A stretch of 64,000 bases of DNA from Vicinamibacteria bacterium (lineage in GTDB: Bacteria > Acidobacteriota > Vicinamibacteria > Marinacidobacterales > Marinacidobacteraceae). The translations under genes and the position numbers were made by a program. The stretch's first letter is position 1; the number at the start of each line of letters is the position of its first letter. Positions 29,469 through 38,969 of the stretch are shown one piece after another. The DNA lies in contig OY821641.1 in the NCBI GenBank assembly GCA_963555995.3, positions 1,952,001 to 2,016,000 on the forward strand. Direction: 5' to 3'. The notes under the pieces were generated by a model, which was not told the DNA's origin, ran no database searches, and saw nothing but the letters and a program-made list of their open reading frames with translations.

Positions 29469-31640
29469 ATGACCATTGGGCGGATTTCTTCACGGTTCTT
29501 TTTCGGTGCGGCGGCAGCCGCGGTGTTCGGCCTGACGCTGCTGGCCGGGGCCTCAGCCCAGGAGCGGCAACTCTCGGTCGCCCCCGAGTCACTCCAGCTT
29601 CGCGTGGGGCAGACGGGCAGCCTCGTGGCCACCGTTACCGCCGCGAGCGGCGAAGTGGACTCCGGGGCGCGGGTGCTGTTCTTCTCGCTCGACCCGGCCG
29701 ACGTCAGCGTCTCCCACACCGGCGCGGTCACCGCGCATCGGGCCGGCAATCACACGCTGGTGGCCTTGTCGCCCGCCGCCGGGACCACGCCGGGATTCAC
29801 CCGGCCCGACGATCCCGGCATTCGGGTGGAGATCCCGGTGGAGATCCTGCCTTCCGAACTCGCGACGCTGCGCTTCGTGGATCTGCCCGACCGGATTCTG
29901 GCGGGCGCCAGCATTCCCGTCCGGTTGCTCGCCGAAGACGAGGGGTCCGAACCGCGCGACGTGCGTCCCGAGATCAGCGTCGAACCGGCAGGTGTCGGCG
30001 CGGTCACGGCCTATGGCCCCCTCTTCGAGGGCACCTACCACGCGCATCCGTTCTACGACCGGCCCCGCCCGCCGACGTACCACTGGGAAGCCGCGGGCGT
30101 CTTCCGGGCGCTCGGCCCGGGCACCGCCACCCTGACCGCGCGGCTCGGCGAGCTGACCGCCGAGGCGCGGATCGAAGTCGTGGCCAATCCGGCGCACTCC
30201 CTCAGCCTTGCCGCAACCCTCGGCGAGTCGCCGCTGACCGGCGGCGTCCGCACCGGGGACGTGGTCCGCTTCTCCGCTTCCGTCATGGACCAAGGCGGCG
30301 CCTCTGTCGAAGACGCCCCCGTGCGCTTCTCCCTGGAGTCCCATCCCGATCCCAGTCGGTTCGACACCGTGGGGGCCGGGGCGCCGGCCCAGCTCCTCGC
30401 GGACGGCCGGTTCGTCGCGGAGCAGCCGGGGCTCTACGTGGTCTCCGCTTCCTCGGGCTCCGCCCATGCGGAACATGCCGTCCAGGTCGTCCCGCGCGAC
30501 GTCGGCATGGCCATGGAGTTCGTCGGCCACGCTCCGGTGCGCGACCGCGCCACCTCCGATCTGTGGATCTGGGAAGGGACCGACGGCCGGGACTACGCCG
30601 CGCTCGGCACCTGGAACGCCGACGGCCACGCCCTCTTCTTCGACGTCACCGACCCCGCCAACATGCAGCGGATCTCCGAGGTGCAGGTGGACGCCCGCAC
30701 GGTGAACGACGTGAAGGTGTCCGAGGACGGCCGGATCGCGGTCATCACGCGCGAGGGCGCCTCGAACCGCCGCAACGGGTTCGTGATCCTCGACGTCTCC
30801 GACCCGCGGAACCCGGAGGTCCTCTCGCGTTTCGACGACGAACTGACCGGCGGGGTCCACAACGTGTTCTTCCACGAGGGGCACATCTACGCGATCAACA
30901 ACGGCCGGCGCTGGGACGTGGTGAACGCGGAGGACCCACGGAACCCGTTCCGCGTGTCCCGCTTCGAGGATCCCCGCCCGGGCCGCAGCGTCCACGACGT
31001 CTGGATCCACGACGGGATCGCCTTCCAGGCCGGGAACACCGACGGCATGGTGGTCGTGGACGTGGGCGGCGGCGGCAGGGGCGGCTCGCCCCAGAACCCC
31101 GTCGAGATGGGCCGGCTCTACCAGCTCACCGGCTGGAACCACGCCATCTGGCCGTTCCGCAGCCGGTCGGCGAATCGCTTCTACGTGGTGACCGGCGACG
31201 AGTCGCACCCGATCAATCCCCGGATCCCCGGCCCGATCATCTCGTGGCAGGAGCGGATGCCGTCGCGGGCGATGGGTTTCATCCACTTCAACGAGTTCGA
31301 CGACCCCGAGAACCCGGTCGAGATCGCCCGTTACCGGGTGCCGGAGGCAGGGCCGCACAACCTCTGGATTGATTACGAAAAGGACCTCATGTACGTCGCC
31401 TACTTCAACGGCGGCCTCCGGGTGGTGGACGTCTCGGGGGAACTGGTGGGCGACCTCTACCGGCAGGGCCGGGAGATCGCGAAGTTCTACTCGGACGACC
31501 CCGACGGATTCATCCCCAACGCCCCCTTCGTCTGGGGACCGCAGCCGCACAAGGGGACGATCTTCTTCTCGGACTTCAACAGCGGCCTCTGGGCGGTGCG
31601 GCTCGTCCCGCGGGAGGACCGGTCGCCGGCCGGTCCGTAG
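29469..31640 (+). CDS. Exported Ig-like + LVIVD-repeat beta-propeller protein
   Basis: Signal peptide; FDVTDPANM, ILDVSDPRNP, VHN, VHD, AYFNGGLRVVDVSG repeats. Confidence 0.82.
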   Translation: MTIGRISSRFFFGAAAAAVFGLTLLAGASAQERQLSVAPESLQLRVGQTGSLVATVTAASGEVDSGARVLFFSLDPADVSVSHTGAVTAHRAGNHTLVALSPAAGTTPGFTRPDDPGIRVEIPVEILPSELATLRFVDLPDRILAGASIPVRLLAEDEGSEPRDVRPEISVEPAGVGAVTAYGPLFEGTYHAHPFYDRPRPPTYHWEAAGVFRALGPGTATLTARLGELTAEARIEVVANPAHSLSLAATLGESPLTGGVRTGDVVRFSASVMDQGGASVEDAPVRFSLESHPDPSRFDTVGAGAPAQLLADGRFVAEQPGLYVVSASSGSAHAEHAVQVVPRDVGMAMEFVGHAPVRDRATSDLWIWEGTDGRDYAALGTWNADGHALFFDVTDPANMQRISEVQVDARTVNDVKVSEDGRIAVITREGASNRRNGFVILDVSDPRNPEVLSRFDDELTGGVHNVFFHEGHIYAINNGRRWDVVNAEDPRNPFRVSRFEDPRPGRSVHDVWIHDGIAFQAGNTDGMVVVDVGGGGRGGSPQNPVEMGRLYQLTGWNHAIWPFRSRSANRFYVVTGDESHPINPRIPGPIISWQERMPSRAMGFIHFNEFDDPENPVEIARYRVPEAGPHNLWIDYEKDLMYVAYFNGGLRVVDVSGELVGDLYRQGREIAKFYSDDPDGFIPNAPFVWGPQPHKGTIFFSDFNSGLWAVRLVPREDRSPAGP

Positions 31641-31651
31641 CGGGACTCGCG

Positions 31652-32797
31652 TCAGTTGTCGAGCCGCGCGCTCTCGGTCCCGGCGATCGCCCCGCCCAGG
31701 AAGCGCCGGAAGTCGGTTCCTCCGGTGCCGCGCGCGGCGGCGCCCGGATCGGCCTGGCGCACGATGTAGTCGTTCACGATGGCCATGTGGACGCGCCGGA
31801 GTTCGGCGAGAGCCGCCAGCGCATCGTCGTAGGCATTCCTGACGGCGCGGTCGCCGGTGGCGGCAGCGAAACGGCGGACCGTCCCGCTCGCCTCCACCGC
31901 TTCGATGAACCGCCGGTGCCGGGGATTCATGTAGCGCCGCATGTCCAGCTGCGGTCCCCTGGCCTCCCCCGGCTGCTCGACGGAGAGCGCCGCGTCAAAG
32001 GACTGGATGAGCGGGCTCTGGGCCGCACTGCCCCCGGCCAGCACCAGCGGTTCCGCCAGATCGGTCCCCTCGTAACGCACCCCAGGCTCGAACCACCCGG
32101 AAAACGGGGGACGCACCCGGTGGTAGAACACGTGCGGGTCGCAGCCCTCGCGGGTGCGCTCGGTCAGGACGGTGACTCGTCGGATGGTCTCGCTGAGCCG
32201 CCCGAGTTCAGCGGCGACGGTCTCGGTATCTCCCGCTTCGGCGGCGGTCTCCAGGCGGACGATCCGGTCCGGCTCCTCGCCCCCGCACGCCTCGATGGCC
32301 ACCGCGATGGTGAGGAACCAGGTCTCGTCGGTGCTGCCGTGGATGCCCACGAGATTGGCGAGGTTCTCGACCTCGATGGGGCCGGACGGATCGAGCCGCC
32401 GCCAGTTGTGCATGGCGAGGCTCGCGTGCGAGAGGATCGGCGGCCGTCCAAGCCGCCGCGACAGCGCCACCAGCGGACGGGCGAGGGACGGCGGCAGGCT
32501 CGCCGCCGGCGGATCCGTCATGTGCACGTAGGCCCCGGCGAAGAAAGTGAACAGCAGCATCGCGCGCTCGACTTCGGGGCCGTCCGCCAGGGATGTCGGA
32601 TCGAACTCCGGGAGCCCGGCGAGATCGCGCCGCACCCGGCCGACCAGGTAGCGGGCGGAGACGTCGAGCGCCATCTCCTCCCACGCCTCGAACCCCGGCG
32701 GCAGCCGCCGAAGCGGCTCGTAGGGAGGCAGGAAGCCCCGCGGCCCCGGCACGCCGCCCGCCGCGGCCAGCCGGCGAAGAGGTTCCGTCGCCGTCAT
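31652..32797 (-). CDS. Indoleamine 2,3-dioxygenase family heme protein
   Basis: RGFLP, LGRPPIL..NW, DETWF, FYHRVRP, GGSAAQS, RRVHMAIVNDYI (proximal His), RGTGGT. Confidence 0.88.
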   Translation of the reverse strand: MTATEPLRRLAAAGGVPGPRGFLPPYEPLRRLPPGFEAWEEMALDVSARYLVGRVRRDLAGLPEFDPTSLADGPEVERAMLLFTFFAGAYVHMTDPPAASLPPSLARPLVALSRRLGRPPILSHASLAMHNWRRLDPSGPIEVENLANLVGIHGSTDETWFLTIAVAIEACGGEEPDRIVRLETAAEAGDTETVAAELGRLSETIRRVTVLTERTREGCDPHVFYHRVRPPFSGWFEPGVRYEGTDLAEPLVLAGGSAAQSPLIQSFDAALSVEQPGEARGPQLDMRRYMNPRHRRFIEAVEASGTVRRFAAATGDRAVRNAYDDALAALAELRRVHMAIVNDYIVRQADPGAAARGTGGTDFRRFLGGAIAGTESARLDN

Positions 32798-32886
32798 CCG
32801 GCAACCGGGCAGTGGAGCGCGCTCAACACCGGCGGGAGTGTGCCACGCGGCGTCCTCCGTATGATCGGCGCCGCCCGGAGGTCCCC

Positions 32887-33417
32887 ATGCGCACCGCCCT
32901 TCCCTTCCTCTTCGCCCTCGTCACCGCCCTCGCCTGGGGGCTCTACGGACCGACGCTCGGGCAGGCCCGGCTCGCCGACGCGACCGCCAGTCCCTTCAAG
33001 CCGTACCTGGGGATCGGGATCGCCTACCTGGTGGTGGCGATCGCGGGCGGGGCCGTGGGCATGTGGCTCCGGGGAGATAACTTCTCCTTCGCGCCGATCG
33101 CGGGCAGCAGCCTCGCCTGGGGGTTCGCGGCGGGCCTCCTGGGAGCGCTCGGGGCCTTCGGCCTCACCATGGCGATGTTCACGGGGGGCGCGCGCATCCC
33201 CCACGCGGTCATGCCGGTCGTGTTCGGGGGCGCGGTCACGATCACCGCGATCTCGACGCTGCTCCTGTCGGGAGGACGCCTGCGCGGCGGGCCGATGCTC
33301 TGGGTCGGGATCGCGGGGGTGCTGCTGTCGGTGTTGCTGATCACCACCAACACCCCGCACGCGCCGCCGCCCTCCAAGGCGGCGACGGAGGGATCGCGGG
33401 AGGCTCCACCGGGTTAA
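32887..33417 (+). CDS. Five-TM membrane protein (DMT/EamA-like half, unknown substrate)
   Basis: AWGLYGP, IGIAYLVVAI, GALGAFG, VMPVVFGGA; its stop TAA is the MITE target TTAA. Confidence 0.75.
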   Translation: MRTALPFLFALVTALAWGLYGPTLGQARLADATASPFKPYLGIGIAYLVVAIAGGAVGMWLRGDNFSFAPIAGSSLAWGFAAGLLGALGAFGLTMAMFTGGARIPHAVMPVVFGGAVTITAISTLLLSGGRLRGGPMLWVGIAGVLLSVLLITTNTPHAPPPSKAATEGSREAPPG

Positions 33418-33596
33418 CGGCCTGTGGCAAAACCCGCGCGGCGTTCGAGCGGCGATGCATCCCGCCTGAACCGCGCCTCTACGAGGCGCTCTGCGTTGCG
33501 TTTCGGTCGGAATACGCCCGGTATTCCTCCCTCACGCGCCTTGTCAGCCGGGCGCCTCCCCGCTCTCGGCGCTCACGTGGGTTTCACCACAGGCTG
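33418..33596. mobile_element. MITE, 179 bp
   Basis: Inverted ends 17/21 identical; TTAA on both sides; reverse orientation of the 37046 copy. Confidence 0.88.
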
Positions 33597-33645
33597 TTAA
33601 CGGCCTCGGGCTCACGCGGAGGTCCGGGCCGTCGGTGGGGAGTGG

Positions 33646-33750
33646 GGTTGCGACGTGCGCGGCGCGGAGCGCCGGGCGTGCCGGTCCGGAGACCGGCGTT
33701 CCCGGCCGGCGGGCCAGCGGCCCGCTGTGCCGGCTGAAGCCGGCGTTCCC
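33646..33750. repeat. Extended REP element plus a second REP
   Basis: Reverse complement of the REP+CGCGGCGCTCCGCGCCGCGCACGTCG unit seen at 51521, 53507 and 54900, followed by GTGCCGGCTGAAGCCGGCGTTCC. Confidence 0.75.
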
Positions 33751-33761
33751 GGCCGTTTCTG

Positions 33762-34850
33762 CTATTCGGCCAGGACCCGGAGGCCGTCGCGGCTGATTCC
33801 GGCGCCGCTGAGCACGAGTCCCACGGACGCGATCTCCGGGTCCAGGTGCGCGAGCGCCGCCACGGGGAGGGCGGCGGAACCCTCGACCATGGCGAAGCGA
33901 TTCTGAAGCACCCGCCGCATGCCGGCGGCGATCTCGTCCTCGTCCAGCAGGACCCATGCGTCCACCAGCTCCGAGCAAAGATCGAGGGTGACGGCGCCGT
34001 CCTCGACCCCGCCCGCCACCGCGTCGGCGAGCGTCGGCTCGAACGGCACGTCGCGTCCCGACTCCAGGAGGCGCCCGGCGCGGACCGAGGCCGCCATGAC
34101 GGCGGAGGCGCGCGGCTGGCAACCCACCACCCGGATGCCGGGCCGGGCATGTTTCAGCCAGCCGGCGATGCCCGCGATGAGGCCGCCGCCTCCCACCGGC
34201 ACGAGCACCGCGTCGAGCGGCTCGTCGCCGAGCGAGGCGTCCATCTCGAACCCGACCGTCCCCTGCCCCGCGATGATGTCCGGATCGTTGTAGGGCGAGA
34301 TGAACGGCCGTCCACTCCGCTCCGCCTCCTCGCGCGCGGCGTACTCGGACTCCACCGCGTCGTCGCCGACGAGGCGCAGCTCGACGACGTCGCCGTACTG
34401 CTCGTCGAGCGCCCGCCGCTTCGAATCGGCCACCGTCCGCGGCAGGAACACCACACCGCGACCGCCGAGCAGCGAGAGCGCGTGGGCCGTCGCGCGGCCG
34501 TGGTTCCCGGTGGATGCGGTGACGACTCCCTCGCGGAGCGCCCGTTCGCCCTCCGTGTCCCGCAGCGCCAGCAGCTTGTTCAGGGCGCCCCGGATCTTGA
34601 ACGACCCCGTGACGCCGAAACACTCGAGCTTCCAGCGAACCACGCCGCCGGGCGTGGCGGACGCCCGTTCGCGGCTCAGGCCGGCGGCGATCTCGAAGGG
34701 CGTCTCGGGCAGGAACGGCCGGATCCGGGAAGCCGCACCCCGCACGCGTTCCGGCAATTCGCGGAGCAGCGCGGCCCCCGGCGCCGAACCGGCCGGGGGC
34801 GCCGCCGCTCGGCTAGCATTCCCGCTTTCCGCAGCCCCGGAACCCGACAT
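33762..34850 (-). CDS. PLP-dependent threonine/serine dehydratase
   Basis: TGSFKIRGALN, ASTGNHG, SPYND..GQGT, VPVGGGGL, EGSAAL. Confidence 0.9.
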   Translation of the reverse strand: MSGSGAAESGNASRAAAPPAGSAPGAALLRELPERVRGAASRIRPFLPETPFEIAAGLSRERASATPGGVVRWKLECFGVTGSFKIRGALNKLLALRDTEGERALREGVVTASTGNHGRATAHALSLLGGRGVVFLPRTVADSKRRALDEQYGDVVELRLVGDDAVESEYAAREEAERSGRPFISPYNDPDIIAGQGTVGFEMDASLGDEPLDAVLVPVGGGGLIAGIAGWLKHARPGIRVVGCQPRASAVMAASVRAGRLLESGRDVPFEPTLADAVAGGVEDGAVTLDLCSELVDAWVLLDEDEIAAGMRRVLQNRFAMVEGSAALPVAALAHLDPEIASVGLVLSGAGISRDGLRVLAE

Positions 34851-34874
34851 CGTCACGTAAGGAGAAAGAGTCTA

Positions 34875-36509
34875 ATGAGCCAGGGAATTCAGGCCGTCCC
34901 CCGCCCCGCCAACGAGCCCGTCCGCGCCTACGAGCCGGGAAGCGCCGACCGCGCGGCCCTCGAGGCCGAGATCCGCCACCAGTCGAATCAGGTTGCGGAG
35001 ATCCCGGTCATCATCGGCGGCCGGGAGATCCGCACCGGCAAGATCGCCGAGGTCCGGTCGCCGCACAACCACTCCCACGTCCTGGCCCGCTACCACGAGG
35101 CCACCCCCGAACTCGTGGAGGAGGCGGTCGCCGCCGCCGCCGACGCGTGGCGGGCCTGGTCCGAACTCGACCACCGGGCGCGCGCCAGCCTCTATCTGCG
35201 CATGGCCGACCTGCTGGTCGGCCCCCGCCGCTACCGGATGAACGCCGCCACCATGCTCGGCCAGTCGAAGACCAGCCACCAAGCGGAGATCGAGGCCGCC
35301 TGCGAGTTCGCCGACATGCTGCGGTTCAACGCCTACTTCCTCGATCAGCTCGTGCGGCAGCAGCCGGTGGGCGACCCCGACCCGGGGGTCTGGAACTACC
35401 TCGAGTACCGCGCCCTCGAGGGGTTCATCTTCGCGGTGAGCCCGTTCAACTTCACGGCCCTCGGCGGGAACCTGGCGATGGCGCCGGCGATCATGGGGAA
35501 CACCATCGTCTGGAAGCCCGCGGAGACGCAGATGCTCTCCGCGTACTACCTCATGGAGCTCTACCGGGAGGCCGGACTGCCGGACGGCGTCGTCAACATG
35601 CTCCCCGGGCACGGGCCCACCATCGGCGCCCCGGCGCTCGCCCAGGAAACCCTCGCCGGCGTCCATTTCACCGGCTCCACGGCCACCTTCCAGCACATCT
35701 GGAAGACGGTCGGGGAGAACATCGCGAACTACCGTTCCTATCCGCGCGTGGTCGGCGAGACGGGGGGCAAGAACTTCGTGGTGGCCCACGAGTCCGCCGA
35801 TGCGGAAGCGCTGGTCGCCAACCTGATTCGGGGAGCCTACGAGTTCCAGGGACAGAAGTGTTCCGCCGCTTCCCGCGCCTACCTGCCGGCCAGCATGAAG
35901 GACGAGTTCCTCGAGCGTTTCCTCGCCGAGGCGAAGACCGTGACCATGGGCGATCCGACCGACTTCGCCAACTTCATGGGTGCGGTGATTGACGAGCGTT
36001 CCTTCCACAAGATCTCGGGATATCTCGACTACGCGCGCGAAGAATCGTCCTGCACGGTGATGATGGGCGGACGTGCCGACGGGGCCGTCGGCTGGTTCGT
36101 GGAACCCACCCTGGTGGTGACGGACAACCCGCAGAATCGGCTAATGCAGGAGGAGATCTTCGGACCGGTGCTGTGCGTCTATTTCTACCCGGACAACCAG
36201 TACGCCGAGACCCTCGACCTCTGCCGGAGCACGTCGCCGTACGGCCTGACCGGCGCGGTCTTCGCGAACGACCGCCTGGCGACCGAACAGGCGTACGACG
36301 CCCTCCGTCACGCCGCCGGAAACTTCTACATCAACGACAAGCCCACCGGCGCGGTGATCGGCCAGCAGCCCTTCGGCGGCGGCCGGGCCTCGGGGACGAA
36401 CGACAAGACGGGGCTCGGTTCCCACCTCCTCCGCTGGACCAACATCCGCACCGTCAAGGAGAACTTCGCGCCGGCGAAGGACTACCGCTACCCGTTCCTG
36501 AGCGCGTAG
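34875..36509 (+). CDS. pruA: L-glutamate gamma-semialdehyde (P5C) dehydrogenase
   Basis: PANEP, SPFNF, FTGS, GETGGKNF, FQGQKCSAASR, EEIFGP, NFYINDKPTGAVIGQQPFGG. Confidence 0.93.
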   Translation: MSQGIQAVPRPANEPVRAYEPGSADRAALEAEIRHQSNQVAEIPVIIGGREIRTGKIAEVRSPHNHSHVLARYHEATPELVEEAVAAAADAWRAWSELDHRARASLYLRMADLLVGPRRYRMNAATMLGQSKTSHQAEIEAACEFADMLRFNAYFLDQLVRQQPVGDPDPGVWNYLEYRALEGFIFAVSPFNFTALGGNLAMAPAIMGNTIVWKPAETQMLSAYYLMELYREAGLPDGVVNMLPGHGPTIGAPALAQETLAGVHFTGSTATFQHIWKTVGENIANYRSYPRVVGETGGKNFVVAHESADAEALVANLIRGAYEFQGQKCSAASRAYLPASMKDEFLERFLAEAKTVTMGDPTDFANFMGAVIDERSFHKISGYLDYAREESSCTVMMGGRADGAVGWFVEPTLVVTDNPQNRLMQEEIFGPVLCVYFYPDNQYAETLDLCRSTSPYGLTGAVFANDRLATEQAYDALRHAAGNFYINDKPTGAVIGQQPFGGGRASGTNDKTGLGSHLLRWTNIRTVKENFAPAKDYRYPFLSA

Positions 36510-36517
36510 CCTTTTCC

Positions 36518-36832
36518 ATGATGGACGAAGCGCTGGTCCTGCCGGACGACAAGCTTCGCGAGGCCCAGAGCGTCGTGGAAGACCTGCTGCGCTCCACGTT
36601 TCCGAACACGAACTTCACGTCCATCCGGCTCCAGCCGGACCTGGACCACGACGGCTACGAGGTCGTTCGGGTTGACGCGTTCTATCGCGGGAGCGCCGCC
36701 GAAATCGACCCTGGCAGGAACGTGGCCCTCGGTCCGGAACTGTGGCGCCGCCTGCGCGCCATCGGGATCAGCGCGTTCCCGATCCACATGTTCCGGGACG
36801 TCGACGAGAAGCCCTATGGCCGCTGCTCCTGA
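36518..36832 (+). CDS. Small protein, degenerate nucleotidyltransferase (MNT)-like putative antitoxin
   Basis: 104 aa with acidic DLDHDG..VRVD; overlaps the downstream HEPN-like gene. Confidence 0.55.
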   Translation: MMDEALVLPDDKLREAQSVVEDLLRSTFPNTNFTSIRLQPDLDHDGYEVVRVDAFYRGSAAEIDPGRNVALGPELWRRLRAIGISAFPIHMFRDVDEKPYGRCS

Positions 36833-37493
36833 CGAACTCACGAGCGCCGACCTCCTCAGGGTGGCGCTCGACCTGCTCGACGCCGCCGAACGACGCCGCT
36901 CCGGTGCACATCTCCGCCGTGCTCTGAGTACGGCGTATTACGCCATGTTCCATTCTCTGGCGCGGGTGTCCGCGGACCGCCTCGTGGGACGCACTGGCGC
37001 GCAACCGGACAGGGCAGCGTGGTTGCACGTCTATCGCGCGCCTAACAGCCGGTGGTGAAACCCACGTGAGCGGCGAGAGCGGCGAGGCGCCCGGCTGACA
37101 AGGCGCGTGAGGGAGGAATACCGGGCGTATTCCGACCGAAACGCAACGCCGAGCGCCGCAAAGCGGCGCGGTTCAGGCGGGATGCATCGCCGCTCGAACG
37201 CCGCGTGGGTTTTGCCACAGGCTGTTAAGCACCGGCACGCAAGGAGCCAGTGCCTGCAATCCGGCGCGATGGCGGTCCGGCCCACGAACATCCAGCAGTT
37301 CGCCGTCCGGTTCGCAGCGTTGCAGGACCTGCGACATCGGGCCGACTACAACCCCGCTGCCGTACTCGAATACGCGGCCGCTCATCAGTCCGTGGAGTCC
37401 GCAGCCAAGAGCATCCGCCTTTTCGAGGAAGCGTCCGCTGCCGAACAGGCTGCGTTCGCCGCGTGGGTGTTGCTGGCCGCCCGCAGATCCTGA
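36816..37493 (+). pseudogene. HEPN-like protein interrupted by a MITE
   Basis: LRRALSTAYYAMFH before and QDLRHRADY after the insertion, same frame; the 183-nt insertion carries a TGA at 37056-37058. Confidence 0.82.
37046..37224. mobile_element. MITE, 179 bp, inserted in the HEPN gene
   Basis: Inverted ends 18/21 identical; flanked by CTAA and TTAA. Confidence 0.88.
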
Positions 37494-37529
37494 CGCCCCG
37501 CGCCCGGCGTCTCCTATGATTCGCCGCCC

Positions 37530-38969
37530 ATGCGGCGCCATCTCCTCCCCCTGATCGCGGCGCTGGCGTTCGCGCCGGCCGCCCCCGCCCAGCCGCCGGA
37601 CACGCTCACGCATCCGGGCGACCGGCACGAACTTGCCGACCGGTACCGGGAGACCGCCGGACGGATCCTGGGCGCCGCGCTCACCGACGTGGACGGCTGG
37701 GCGAAGCTGGAGCACCTCGCGCTCCGCATCGGCCACCGGCTGAGCGGTTCCGTCGGCCTCGAACGCGCCATCCAGTGGGCGGCGGACACCATGCGGGAAG
37801 AGGAACTGGACCGGGTCCACCTCCAGGAGGTCATGGTTCCCCACTGGGTGCGCGGTCCGGCGCGGGCCACGCTCCTCGCGCCCATGGAGGACGACCTGCC
37901 GATCCTCGCGCTGGGAGGCAGCGTGGCGACCCCTCCCGAAGGGATCACCGCCCCGGTGGTGGTCGCCCGGTCCTTCGAGGAGTTGGCCGCGATGCCGCGC
38001 GAGGCAGTCGAGGGCCGGATCGTCGTCTGGGCCGTTCCCTGGATGGGATACGGCGGGACCGGCGCCTACCGGCGGATGGGAGCGAGCCGCGCGGCGATGC
38101 AGGGCGCGGTGGCGAGCCTCACCCGCTCCGCGACCGGGAGGAGCCTGAACACCCCGCACACCGGCAACATGCGCTACGAGGAGGGCGTGCCGAAGATCCC
38201 CACGGCCGCCCTCACCGTCGAGGACGCGGAGCGGCTCCGGCGACTGGACGACCTCGGCGAGGCCATCGAGATCCGCCTCGAACTCGAGGCCGAGACCCTT
38301 CCCGACGCCCTCTCGCACAACGTGATGGCCGAGATCACCGGCAGCGAACTGCCCGATGAGGTGGTCGTCATGGGCGGCCACTACGACTCGTGGGACGTGG
38401 GCCACGGCGTCCACGACGACGGGGCCGCCTGCATCGCCGCCTGGCACGGCCTGACCCTCCTCCGGCGGCTCGGCCTGCGGCCCCGGCGCACCCTGCGCGT
38501 TGTGCTCTGGACCAACGAGGAGAACGGGCTGCGCGGCGGGGAGGCCTACCGCGAATTCGTCGGCGACGGGATCAACGACCATGTGGCGGCCATCGAGATG
38601 GACGGCGGCAACGAGCGTCCGGTGGGATTCGGCATCGGGCTACCGTGGGTCGGGGAAGGGCCGGAAGCCGACGCGGCCTACGGGGAGGCCCTCGCCATCC
38701 TCCGTCCCATCGGGAGCCTCTTCTCGGCGATCGACGCCGACGCCATGACGAGGGGCGGCGGCGGCGCGGACATCCGGCCGCTCATGGCCGACGGGGTGCC
38801 GGGGATCGGGTTCCGCACCGTGAGCGAGCACTACTTCGACTGGCACCACACGGCGTCCGACACCCTTGACAAGCTGGACCCCGACCACTTCCGGCGGGCG
38901 GTAGGGATGCTCGCGGTGCTCGGGTTCGTCCTCGCCGACATGCCGGACCGGCTGCCGCACGGGGGCTGA
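37530..38969 (+). CDS. M28-family peptidase (carboxypeptidase Q-like, PA domain)
   Basis: IGHRLSGS, GGHYDSWD.G.GVHDDG, WTNEENG, EMDGG, WHHTASDTLDK; signal peptide. Confidence 0.92.
   Translation: MRRHLLPLIAALAFAPAAPAQPPDTLTHPGDRHELADRYRETAGRILGAALTDVDGWAKLEHLALRIGHRLSGSVGLERAIQWAADTMREEELDRVHLQEVMVPHWVRGPARATLLAPMEDDLPILALGGSVATPPEGITAPVVVARSFEELAAMPREAVEGRIVVWAVPWMGYGGTGAYRRMGASRAAMQGAVASLTRSATGRSLNTPHTGNMRYEEGVPKIPTAALTVEDAERLRRLDDLGEAIEIRLELEAETLPDALSHNVMAEITGSELPDEVVVMGGHYDSWDVGHGVHDDGAACIAAWHGLTLLRRLGLRPRRTLRVVLWTNEENGLRGGEAYREFVGDGINDHVAAIEMDGGNERPVGFGIGLPWVGEGPEADAAYGEALAILRPIGSLFSAIDADAMTRGGGGADIRPLMADGVPGIGFRTVSEHYFDWHHTASDTLDKLDPDHFRRAVGMLAVLGFVLADMPDRLPHGG

Noticed and set aside
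33414-33606. 10-bp direct repeat TTAACGGCCT as the MITE target duplication
   Set aside because: The left copy overlaps the terminal inverted repeat; other copies support a 4-bp duplication.
33846-34874. 887-aa ORF suggesting a PutA-like fusion
   Set aside because: The N-terminal part is antisense to the dehydratase and has no proline dehydrogenase motifs.
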